Positions 13,055-25,087 of a stretch of DNA of 64,000 bases are shown here, piece by piece. The translations under genes and the position numbers were made by a program. Every line of letters begins with the position of its first letter. Within the stretch, counting starts at the first letter, position 1. This stretch comes from Parasitella parasitica NRRL 2501 (taxonomy: Eukaryota > Fungi > Mucoromycota): contig MU619240.1 in NCBI GenBank assembly GCA_025201805.1, forward strand, positions 211,571 through 275,570. The letters run 5' to 3'. Below the pieces are notes generated by a model. It saw nothing but the letters and a program-made list of their open reading frames with translations, was not told the origin of the DNA and made no database searches.

Positions 13055-13988
13055 ATGAACACAAGACGATTATTTCAGTTGATATCACCCACATTAAAAT
13101 CAACAACAACAAGAACGAGGGTTGCACTTGCTTCTCATCACCCCACAAGCAAATTCTATTTGTCTACCAGCTGTGCTTGGCGTAGTATGGCACAAGACAA
13201 AAAATGTTGGCAATGCCAATCGACAAACAAACCTTCTGCATTATTTTGCGAAAATAAAGTATGCAAAGTTATCCAACCCATCCCTGCTCAACTGGATTTT
13301 TATCACTTGCTTCAAGCAGGGCAAGGAAAAGACAAGTAAGTCGTTGGATTACTCATCAAAAAAAAAAAAAAAAAAAAGGGTTTGCTGACCAATATTCAAA
13401 GGGATATACCAACCTTCAGCATTGATTTGAAGGCCATGAGAAAGCAGTTTTTGTTGTTGCAACAAAAAGCGCATCCAGACAGCTACTCACAGGCACCCAA
13501 GGTATACACTTTTATAATGTTTACCAATTGCGTAATCAACATTTTAGTAAAATGTTTGTACGATATAGCGAGAATTGGACTATGCTCAGTTGCAATCTTC
13601 CGTCATCAACAAAGCATATCACACCCTCAAAGACCCTCTTACTCGTGCGCAGTACTTACTCAAGGGGCAGGGTATTCAAGTGAACGAAGGTGACTCATTA
13701 AGCGACCCTGAACTGTTGATGGAAGTCATGGAATTTAGAGAAGAGCTTGAAGAGGCAACATCTGAACAAGATTTGGAGCGATTGAAAGCACGGAACGATG
13801 GTGAGTTGAATGAAATTTCTTTCAGCAGGTATTAACCAGCATCGTAATGTATAGAAAAATACGCTGAAACTGTGCACAAATTACAGCTGGCATTTGACAA
13901 AAATGATTACAATTCAGCAAAGGATTTGGCCATTGAATTGCAATATTTGAACAGCATAAAAACTGCAATTCTTGAATGGCATCAATAA
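13055..13988 (+). CDS. JAC1: Mitochondrial Fe-S cluster co-chaperone HscB/Jac1
   Basis: Presequence-like Arg/Ser-rich N-terminus; CWQC...FCENKVC motif; J-domain HPD (QKAHPDSY); INKAYHTLKDPLTRAQYLL; DPELLMEVMEFREELE. Confidence 0.92.
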
Positions 13989-14365
13989 ATAAACACTTTT
14001 TGTGTTTGTTTATTTGCTCGACTTGATAAACTGCCCACACTCTAATTTTTCTTGTTGCTCCTTGAACAATGCATTTTACATTATCTGTTTTTGTAAAGAT
14101 AGAAATAAAGAGACCCCCCCCCCTTTTTTTTTCTCTCTTTTAACAACTCACCCGATTCCTATTCATTTTAGTACATGTTTCACAAAAAACATGACAAAAA
14201 AAAAGACCGTAAAAAGGCCCTCTTTCTTTCCGTTCTTCACTTTCTTTCTTTCTCTCTTTATCTTTTTTTCCCCTTTTTTAAAAATCTTTTAACTTACTCT
14301 TCCAGTACAAAAATAAAAAAAGCATAGAAAATAATAAAAAAAAATAAAAAAAACTGCCGCAAACT

Positions 14366-17273
14366 ATGGCTACAATAGCAATCAACCAAAGACGTCCATC
14401 CGTTGGAGTAGTTGCGACCGCGGAAGCTAATTTCAGCGCATCACAGCCACTACCACCCTCGCCATCTCCCTTGAGACCTGTCAACACATCGACAGCAACA
14501 ACGCCTACCACATCCACTGGTTCAGGTTCATTATACCACCTTTGTCGCTCAGTATTGGACAAATTGTCCACCATCGACGGCATGCAAATGTATTTAGAAA
14601 AAGATACCACCTCAGATCCGCTTTCAAAGTTGACAAAGATCTGTCGCCAAGGATTTCCGCTTTGTACTCTTTACAATGCGCTGAAACCTGTCAAACCCCT
14701 GAGTGTAGACACTGATCCCAACTTGAACGCTCTCAATTCTTGCAAAGCAAACGTTTATCATTTTATTGTTGCATGTATTCGTGATTTGTCAGTTCCAGAA
14801 GAAGAGATGTTTACTATTTCAGATCTATTTCAAGACGACACTACCGGCTTCGTCAAGGTAAAAACGGCTCGTTACACTATATGTCTACCGTGCTGACCCC
14901 TTTTTCTTGCTTTTCTAGGTCGTAAATACCATTAATAGATTGTTGCTTCTGTTGGAAGATCGCGGCATCATTACCGTAAGATCGCCCAATAGGAATTCAG
15001 ATACCACTGACCCAAATCCAAAAAATACACGCGACAAGGTTGTTTTGGAGTTGTTGGAAACAGAACGTAAATATGTACAAGATATGGAAATTCTTCAGGT
15101 ACTTTTTTTTTTATTATTATTATTATTTGTGCCAAATGTCAACATCAACTAACACACGTACGCACAGAATTACATGCGTGAATTGCAGACTCAAAAGATT
15201 GTTTCTGCTGATACCGTCCATTACCTTTTTGGTAATTTAAACGCATTGGTTGATTTTCAACGTCGTTTTTTGATACAGCTTGAAGAAATTGCCGAAAAAT
15301 CGCCAGAAGAACAGCGCATTGGACAGCTGTTTCTTACAGCCGAAGAAGCTTTCTCTGTTTACGAACCTTATTGTGCCAATTACTATTCAGCACAAGATTT
15401 GGTAGTGCAGGAAACACCTCGCTTACAAAAGCTAGCGGAGATCATCAACCCTATTTACGAACTTCCTTCCATGCTCATTAAGCCGGTTCAACGTATCTGC
15501 AAATACCCTCTCTTATTGCAAGAATTGGTAAAAAGCACAGACAAAACATGGCCACACTACCAAGAAACACAAGCTAGCGTCGATGCAATCAAAAGAGTGA
15601 CCGAAAAAGTCAACGAAACTCAACGCCAGCATGAAAACGTCCAAGCTGTACAAGAGCTCAAAAAGCGCCTCGACGACTGGAAAGAGCTAACCTTGGATGG
15701 CTACGGCAATCTCATGCTGCAAGACAAGCTTATCATCTCCACAAACGCTACTGAAAGCAACGAGCGTGATTTACACGTTTTCTTTTTTGAAAAAGCTTTG
15801 CTGTTCTGCAAAGAATCAAAAGGAGGCAACCTCTTGGCCAAAAGCAACACTTTGTCTATCAACAAGAAGAAGCGTCGTGGCAGTTTGGTGCCTAAATTCA
15901 TCTTCCAGACTTCAAATATGGACAACATGAATAGCAAATGCTGCAAGAACGGCGTCTGGTGTCTCGTCATTGATTTGAGAAACAGTGAGCTGGAACAAAT
16001 TTCGCTCAAGTTCAGAAACGAAGAACAACTGAAGCTCTGGACATTGACATTAACAAAGGCCGTTCAAAAGGCTATCGACGCTGCAAATGAAAATGAGCAG
16101 TTGTTATCGAACCGATTATCTTCAACTTACACCGACGGTGAAGACGAAGAAGAATGCGAAGATGAATTCTTTGACGATGAAGAAGACGACTATCAGCAGC
16201 AGCAAAGATCACGCAGCAACTCTTTCAACCAGCAGCCTGTGATTCGCGGTAGATTAGGCCCAACCCAAACCTCTACTGCTGCTCATCACGATGTATACAA
16301 TCCCATGGGACGACCTTATCAAAACGTACCTGGTATGAACTTGTCTCCATTACCTCGTACAAATTCAAATCTGTCGACATCTCCTCCCTCTTTGCTCAAT
16401 TGCAGCTACTACCCCGCCTCTCCTCCTCCATCTCACCCATCATCACCCACAAGCTCGTCTCGTGTTTCTAACGCCAGTACCAGCTCCGCTACTTGGCATC
16501 GTCATGAAGGTCTGACAGATATCGCAACCAACTTTTTAGTAGGTGATTACACTCCTGAAGATTACCATCAGCATTATCTGTTGCAGCAACAAAAGCAGCC
16601 CTTCCACCAACATTCATTGGTGTCAAATGGTCGCTCTCAATCCCACTCAGTTGCTGTCCCTCATCACTCGAGTTCCAGACCCTCTCTAACTAACAACCAG
16701 AACCGTCTCCGCTCTCAAAGTAGTCCAAATATCATGAAAGATGACAGCCCTAGTCATACGGTTGCCATGACACCGTCTTCTTCCACTGCGACTTCAAGCA
16801 CTGAGTCCACAGCTCCTGGTACACCCACTATGAATGACATTCCACAGTTGCCCATTCGTATGCCCAATATGAAGCCCACTCCTTTGGATCTTTCTCGCTC
16901 CCATTATCAATACCAACAAGAGATTATCTCACCCCCGCCAATGATGAGATCAGTTGCTTCTACACCTAGACTTACGGATATCGCTTTATCTCATGGCACG
17001 CCCCCTTCCCCTGGATCGATCAAGATCAAGCTTAACTTTAGCGAAGGCATCTATGTGATTGTGACCAACCTTGAAGTTACCTTTTCTGAATTGATCGAAA
17101 AGGTCGACAAAAAGATTCGTCTCGTAGCCAACCTTAAGCCAACTGATCTTTTGAGATTGAAGTATCAGGATGAAGAATGTGATTTCATCACCATCAACTC
17201 TGATGATGATGTCCAGATGGCCTTTGAAAGTGGCGGTATCCACAACACGGTCAATCTGTTTGTCAGTCTCTAA
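14366..17273 (+). CDS. CDC24: Rho-family (Cdc42) guanine nucleotide exchange factor, CH-DH-PH-PB1
   Basis: CH-like RQGFPLCTLYNAL; DH VVLELLETERKYVQDMEILQ...LIKPVQRICKYPLLLQEL; PH region; C-terminal PB1 LRLKYQDEECDFITINSDDDV. Confidence 0.93.
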
Positions 17274-19612
17274 CCTTCGCTTCCTTTTTTTTTATACATA
17301 TTATATGATCCTTCCCTTTCTTTGTTTCATACATTCATTTCCCCCCTCCCACCAATATATGCCCCCCCCCCTCCACTCCCCACCTCTTCCAATTCCAGTT
17401 ATTCAAATTGTTTTTTTTTATTTTGTATGTTATTGTAAAACTCTGTCCCTTCTCTTCTTACATTCTTTCTTATTTGACCTTCCTTCGTTCTGTAAATATC
17501 ATTCTTTCGTTTTTTTTGCAACTCTCTTGTTTTATTGTCTTTCTTTTCTTTTGTACCTTTTTTCTTCTTCATATCAAGGTCATGTAAAAAATAAAAATAA
17601 AAATGTGTTTTTAGACGAACAAATTATATAAACAAACTTGTTATTTTTTACCTTGTCGAACTTTTGTTTGTCCCAAGCTATATACTTGATAAACATGGGC
17701 TTAGATTTGATGGATTTTGGGGTACGTTATCCTTATGGTTTTAGTTGAACACATTCATATTTACCTCGCAAGACATGTATAAATAACCTTTTCACTTGGA
17801 ATACATGTTTTAAGTCAATAAACACGTCCCTTTCCATTTAAGCTCACGCTTCACGATTTAGTACTTTAAGGGGCATATCTTGAGAAATAAACATTTGCCA
17901 CCACTCATAACGACATCAAACAATTTCTCTCGATCCCCAAATACTATTCGTTGCGCTGAAAAGAATTTTTTCATTTCTTGGAATTTCTAATATTTTTGCC
18001 TTATGGTACCTCATGAATTGGACAATAATTGAACTTTGACCTGAAAAAACAAAGATTTTTATTAAGCTACATCTTAATACAGAACGCTTTTATATACTCA
18101 AGCTTTGACCTAAAATTATTCAATTGCGCATATTATGCAGCTTTTGCGAAAAATGTCTTTTTTTTTTAAAAATGTAAAATTGCAACCAATTTCACACATA
18201 AATATTTTTTAAATAGCAGCAATAGATGCGCATCAAAAATCACAATAGAACTCAATTATTTAACTAGCAATAGTTAATTAATACTCTCTTCAGATAATTT
18301 AAAAAATAAGCTTTTTTTTTTTTTGCAAATGCCATTTTTTTCAATAAACTGGGACCTGATAAACGTAAAGAATTTAAACGCCGTAGATCAAGAAGGGTTA
18401 TATTGCTTGATCTAATCGTACGCAAGGTAACTTCATTGATTAGAATTTAGTGTTTGTGTATCAAAAAAGACACAAATCTAGACCGTATCTTTGATTACCC
18501 ACGACGGATTCATTGTCATTGAAAACATACATTTTGGGTTGTGCCAAACAAAAGAATTGGATCTCTGTGACACAAAATGTGTGATAAAAAAAAGGCAGAT
18601 TCGCAAGAAGTGAGTTGAACACGTCTATTATTTCATTAATGATTGACATCAAGAATCTACACCTTGGTTGATACTATATTATGTTTTTCTGTTTCATTCT
18701 AGCATAAGGCTTTTGCCGCATACACGAAGGTTCCTTGGTTTTCGTTTCTTTTTAAAGAGCTGAGGCCTCCTGGGTCTGTCAGACTGAGGCAGCTTCTTGA
18801 TAACGTGGAATAATGACTCAAAGTCATCCGTTATTAACGGGAGTCCTGAAATATATTGATGGGAAGGAAAGGTACTTTGAGATATGATCATATTGGACAT
18901 ATCATTGTAGCTGCTCGCCAGTTGCTTGTTATTATTTCGAGTGTCCTTGCATATTTACCTGGGAAGTATAAATGTAATAGAGTCGCTTATTTTTATTTTA
19001 TTTTTTGGTAAATTCGTTTTCTTTTTCTTTCAGTTAACTTCATCAGCAAGATAAAAGTGGTGCGGGTCATTAGTGTGTCAAAAACTTACTAGCTACAAGT
19101 ATCCGTGAAGACAATGGTATCATGTAAATCAAGTCTCATAAATATAATTGACCTCAAGATATTGAAGATATGCTTGGTGATATACTAATTAAAAAAAAAA
19201 GAAATATATATTTGTCTGCATTATAATCTTGTCGAGTAACTAACTTCTATAAATTGTTGTACTATGAAAAGTTTATCTATCTTTCTGAAAATCATATTTA
19301 GTGATAGCACTAAAAAAAAAAATCTAATCGTATCAATTAAGAATAAGTCCTTGTATTAATGCTTTTCCTACGTGCTTAAATAAAGAATATTTGTAACATT
19401 TTCTTAATCATTAGTTTGGCCAAATTATTTGTAAAAGCTGGGGCAAAAAAGTGGGCCGGAAGCAGACTACTAATTTTATAAACGTGAAAACCAGACAGCA
19501 TGGGAAATCCTTTTCCCTCTCATTTATTTTCGGATTACATTATTCACATATATAAAGAAGATGATTCGGGGTATAGTTTTTTCTCTAAATTTTTCTTTTT
19601 CAATCTGCAAAA

Positions 19613-21904
19613 ATGGAGCCTGCTACTCGAATATTATCAAATGAGTCCACTAAAAGCTATCTAGAGAGAGAATTGATCGTCTCTTTGAATGACAATGGTC
19701 CGATGATTGGACCCACCCTGGAAATGATGGATTCCTGCCATCCCAACGATGAGAAATTTCAAGATCAAGAGCAAATTGGACGCTGCCAATCATCAAAATC
19801 ATCATCGTCATCCTCGAGCACTACGAAAAATACTGTGGTTGCAGGGAAATCCAGTAGATTTCGTCGATTATGGTGTATGTCAAAAGATAATTCTGATCCC
19901 AAACAGTTTTCTAAATACAAAAAGAATATGATTTTGAGTGTCGTAGCCATTGGAGGTGCCATGTAAGTTTCAATTATAGCGATATCATTAACCCGATTTG
20001 ATTTCTTACATACATAATGACAGATCACCCGTATCTTCTACTATTTATGTAAGTCCAATGAAAACGAATGGCCTCGAGTGTGTTGTGATCTCAACTGATA
20101 CTTATAACATATAAACATTAGTATCCAGCATTGATCACAATGCAGAATGCATTTCAAACAACAGATACAACCATGAATGCCTCATGTAATTATGTTATAA
20201 TCTATTGTATGAAGCCTGTATTGACTCCAATATCTGTGATATAGTATCTATTTTTACATTTTTCACAGCTTTTTTTGTAAGACGTATACACATTGTTTAT
20301 CATCAAGTGATTTAATTCGAAGATCTAACCTGTAAACTTCAATGCAGCCATTAGTTTGGGCAACCTTTAGTGATTTATTTGGTATTGATATGCTGCTGCT
20401 TTATTGACGACTGCGTTTATACTGACAGCTTGAATAGGTCGAAGACGGATCTATATTATTTCTTTCTTCATCTCATTTGTTGGAAGCGTATGCTGTGCAT
20501 TGTCTGTCAACGCAGAAATGTTTATTGTTTTCCGAGCCTTCAGTGCTGTGGGGTCATCATCGGCAAGTATAGTATAAATGACTTTTGTGTATCCCTGATG
20601 AGCCGAGTGACTAATAAGTCAATTGCCATGGTTTAGGCCATGTCCATGGGGGCAGGCACAATCGCAGATATTTTTGAGCCTCACGAAAGAGGCAGAGCAT
20701 TTGCGTTTTATACATGTGGACCGTTACTAGGTCCTGCCATTGGGTAAATGTATTTGTCAAGCGTTTTGTACCTGGGAAACTTGACTGACTTTAATATTAT
20801 CCGTGTGCGTTTAGGCCAATTATCGGCGGTTACTTAAATGAAGGTCTTGGTTGGAGAAGCACATTTTGGTTCCTGGCAATCTTTGTCTTTTCAACATGGT
20901 TAGGGATCATATTCTTTCTCCCAGAAACTTGGAGAGATAGTCCGCCCACCGCCCCGACAGCAGCAATTACCGAGAAACCCATCAGTCATAGTTCAGACAA
21001 TACAGAATATCCCGAAGAAACATTAGACAAAGACATTGAAGCACAAAATCCCAAGCAAGCAGAAACAATTGTGCAGAAAAGATCTCGATTTATAAATCCC
21101 ATTGGTGCTTTAAAGTTGCTACGGTTTCCCAACATTGCTCTGGCTGTTACATTTGTAGGCATTTTGTAAGTTTTGGAAAACACACCTTACGCCAACATAC
21201 TGTAATTCTAATCGTATACATATACCCCTCAAGATTCTTTGTATTATATTTAAACAGCACGAATTTCACAAGATCCTACACTCTTCAATACGGGTTTAGC
21301 TCTGGTCTTGTAGGTGTTTGCTATCTGCCGTCTGCGGCTGGGTCCATGGTGGGCGGCATTATGGGTGGTCGAATGTCTGATAAGACTTATAGACGCAATG
21401 TAGAAAAAGCCAAAGAGAAGGAGGAGGAAGTGCATCCTGAAATGCGTCTTGGTGGCTTCTTTTTCTATGCCTCCATGGTACTTCAGTTGGTAAGTTTTGT
21501 CGCTTATGGCTGGTGCCTTGAAGAAAACGTTCATTTCGCATATGGACTTGTATGCCAATTCTTCCGTAAGCATGCAAAGACAGATCATTGTGTACGTGTA
21601 TTCTTGATTTTAACAGTGATTATTCTTAGTTGGTCTAGCTCTCATGTTTCCAAATGTAACTCTTAGTGCATACATGGTTGACTGTTTCCGCAAGCAAGGT
21701 GCCTCAGTTACTGCTTGCAACAACTTTGCTCGGTACATCATGGCAGGTGTTGGCTCGCTAATTGCTTCTGATATCGCAAGAGCCATGGGAAACGGTCCGT
21801 TATTCACGTTTTGTGGTTGCTTACTCTTAGTTTTCACTATTAATTTAGTCCTTATCAAAAGATATACCCTCAAGTGGGCTGCCCTTAGAAAAGCTTTAGC
21901 TTAG
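19613..21904 (+). CDS. MFS drug:H+ antiporter-1 (DHA1) family transporter, intron-rich
   Basis: Spliced motifs SPVSSTIYYPAL, PLVWATFSDLFGRRRIY, GAGTIADIFEPHERGRA, GPLLGPAIGPIIGGYL..GLGWRSTFW, FFLPETW, HPEMRL. Confidence 0.9.
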
Positions 21905-22078
21905 ATTTGTAATATATCACCTTAGAAAATCTCAAATACTACAAATAGTACAGTATATTCTGCAAAAGGCAGCGCCTTTTACGAAAGCTTAAACTTCTGA
22001 TCTATGTATATCACAGCTTCACTGCCTAGCAGAGTAGCCATTTCAATCGTTCAATAAATCAGTTAGCCCTGTTTCATT

Positions 22079-22087
22079 GACACAAAA
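22079..22087 (+). promoter_or_regulatory. Candidate Ndt80-binding middle sporulation element (GACACAAAA)
   Basis: Exact match to GNCRCAAAW about 245 bp upstream of the FHA-kinase ATG. The motif is short and also occurs elsewhere, e.g. near 18469 and 18569. Confidence 0.3.
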
Positions 22088-22331
22088 GCCTCTGAATTAT
22101 ATCTCATCAGGATGAAAGATTCTTTGATATTGCAGCTACATCCATCTTGAGTATTGCACTGGATCAGTCGAGTAGATCTGTGACTGTAGCAGGATGAAGG
22201 TACCATTCAGTAGGTAATACTTTTTTTTGCCCTTCCTTTTGAAAAAAAAAAAAAAAAGTATCTTTTTTCTGCTCATCACTGTCAACTCTATCTTTTCGTA
22301 TAGATTAACATAAAAATACAGACATATTATA

Positions 22332-24713
22332 ATGACGCAGATTCTGGGTGTATTGCGAGGAGCAAACTATAATACTGACCAATTCGGTAAGTTTAGTAAA
22401 CATGTGTCAAAAACCAACTAAATTTTTCGATTTTAGTTTGCTCCATCATGGAAAACAGAACTCATCGCATTGGTAGAAATGCCAACAGGTTAGATATATA
22501 AATTTTTGTATTTCGTATTAAAAAGAATAATATTTACATATATTTCAACTTTTGCTACTCTTGCAGCGACATTTGCATTGATCTCGAGATGATTGCTGAT
22601 CAGCATTGCTTTGTCACATCTGTAATTGTCGAGAAAAGGACATGCTGTTGCACGCGTTTCTAATATACAGTTACAATTAGATGACCAGTCAGCACAACAT
22701 ATACAATGTCTATCTTACGGTAAGCTTGAAAGATGATTTGAGGATGATGAATTGACATTGATATATGCTCTTGTAGGATACGAGCCAGAATGGCACTTAC
22801 TGTAAGTGTTTAATTAAACATTTTAATAACAGCCAATTCATATTATCAAACGATAGTGAACGGGTCTTTGATTGGGTTCAACAAAACTGTGCTTCTTTAC
22901 ACTGGATGCATCATTTCGTTTGTCTCTGGCCATATCAGTAAGGAAATTGAGGAGGAATTGCTGTTCAAGAGCTAAACATTTGTGTAGATTTCTTGTATAT
23001 CCAAAGTAACAACGATGATAAAGACCCCACTGAATTCAAAAAAGTACATGTGCAGCCTTGACAAATATTTGCCAGGCACATTCTTACGGGTTCTTTTTCA
23101 TATGTAGGCATTTCAACCAGGTTACTTGTACTATCCACACATCCAGCAAAATAAGGACGAAGAAATTGTGATCAGGACCACCAGCAAATTAATAGGATAC
23201 GGTGCTCAGGCTTCAATTGTCTTTGCACATAGTTTGTCCAGACCCAGTTACCAGCTTGCATGCAAATACTACAGAACAAACGGATCGCGCTACGAATCAC
23301 CTTCGTTGAAGTCGTTCATATCTGAGATGGAGATGCTTAAAGGAAATCGACATGCAAGTGTATAAAGCTGTAGCAGACTCTTTCGATACGTGACTAAATA
23401 TGCTACTATAGCCCAATGTCCTTGCTCTTGTTGCAAGCCATGAAAATGACGAAGGAAAATTCGCATACTTTCCGTTGTAAGTTTTGCACATGTTCAGCAT
23501 ATTGCAGTTTCAACTGATGCATCGATAATTTCGCCTTTTATAGATATCCCGGTGGTACATTGCTGGATCGATTACAAGACAATTTCAGAAATGACGTCCG
23601 AATGAGCGAGAAAAATGCGAGTTTCCTTCTTCGGCAGCTACTGTCAGGACTAGAGGTAATGTGATTCTCGCTTGATGTGAATTGATAGATACTGATTTGC
23701 ATTTAATTGTAGTATTTGCACGACAGAAACATTATTCATTGCGGTAAGTTGCATTCAACAGACATGCATAGCGTTCAGATGTTAATACCATCAGGCACTC
23801 CTAGATCTCAAAGTATGATTAAATATTTGCGTACCGTGTATCTATACTAACTACGAAATGCACAAACATCTATAGCCTGAAAATGTCTTGATAACCGAGC
23901 GTCATTTCAAGCGACCCAGACTTGTCATTGCTGACTTTGGGCTTTCCATGCACAAATCTCAAAGCCCCACCTACTGGAGGTCTGATTACGGCACAGCAAG
24001 GTAAGACTACCGAGTATTTCGCACGTATATGATTGCAATTTACCAACATTTCCATAGTTACCATTCCCCTGAGATGATTCGCTTAAAGCCATTTGATGAA
24101 AAGATTGACAGCTGGGCAGCTGGTATTCTTTTTTATTGCATGCTGACTAACCAACACCCTTTTCCGAGCGAATTAGACCCAATGATTGCTGACCAAAACG
24201 CCATATTAGAAAAAGAACCAGAAATAACAAACAACCTGCTCGGTATATCACCAACTTGTATGCAAATAAAACTTAGTAACATTGCGAGTATACACTGACA
24301 AAGTATGTATATTTTTATATATAGCTAAAAACCTCGTTATGCGTTTACTGGAGAAGGATCAATCAAAAAGGTATACAGCAAAACAAGCCAACAAAACGCG
24401 GTGGCTATTTATTTATTGGAAAGATAATAATGCCGTACAAGAGTCTTACTTGTCTGAGCGACAGTACTGGTTTCATGATGGATCTGACAAAAATTCAATG
24501 AACACAACGAAAGAACGGTTCTCATATCACTTTGACGATGATGTAGAAAACGTCGAATTCATCATTAAACGTCGAGACCCTATCGATGAAAGCACATTTC
24601 TCAGAGGCGAGCAAGCTATTTTCGATCCTGATCGCCATCAAGAATTAATCCACAAAATCAATGTTTTCAAGGATCCCGAGGGTCAACTGGCAAGTTTCTT
24701 ATCCACTGATTGA
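22332..24713 (+). CDS. FHA-domain Ser/Thr protein kinase (Mek1/Dun1/Chk2-like architecture), very intron-rich
   Basis: Hand-spliced FHA (HRIGRNANSDICID...QHC...DTSQNGTYLNG) followed by kinase motifs IGYGAQASI, ACK, HPNV, YPGGTL, IIHCDLKPENVL, ADFGL, GTASYHSPE, DSWAAG. Confidence 0.85.
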
Positions 24714-25077
24714 AAAAGTAGTATAGCTCACCCTTTCGATATGTTGACATATTATCTTATTATTACGAATGTATTCCCCACACATCTTATATCATCTTTG
24801 TTGTTAAATAAACACAAATAAGTAGTACCATTTTATAGTTAAAGCAACAGGTGCTTGTGCTTTCCAGTTGATTTTTGTATGTAATAGGTTTTGATTTAGG
24901 AAGCCATTCATCCAAAAGTATTTTAAAGAAATATATTATATGTATTTGTAGAGGTAGCTATAATAACAGTAGTATATGATAGAAAATGTAATATAAAGAA
25001 TAGGGTTAAGTTTATAATATCAAGGCATAAAGGTAAGGAAAGTGTGTATACAACTAGGAAGGAGTGAAGGGCAATTT

Positions 25078-25087
25078 NNNNNNNNNN
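25078..25087. other. Assembly gap (10 N)
   Basis: Run of n immediately beyond the NDT80-like stop codon. Confidence 1.

Noticed and set aside
17876-19162. 10-bp inverted repeat (ATATCTTGAG/CTCAAGATAT) bracketing short ORFs at 18461-18900, as a DNA transposon
   Set aside because: Too short, no target-site duplication and no transposase motif.
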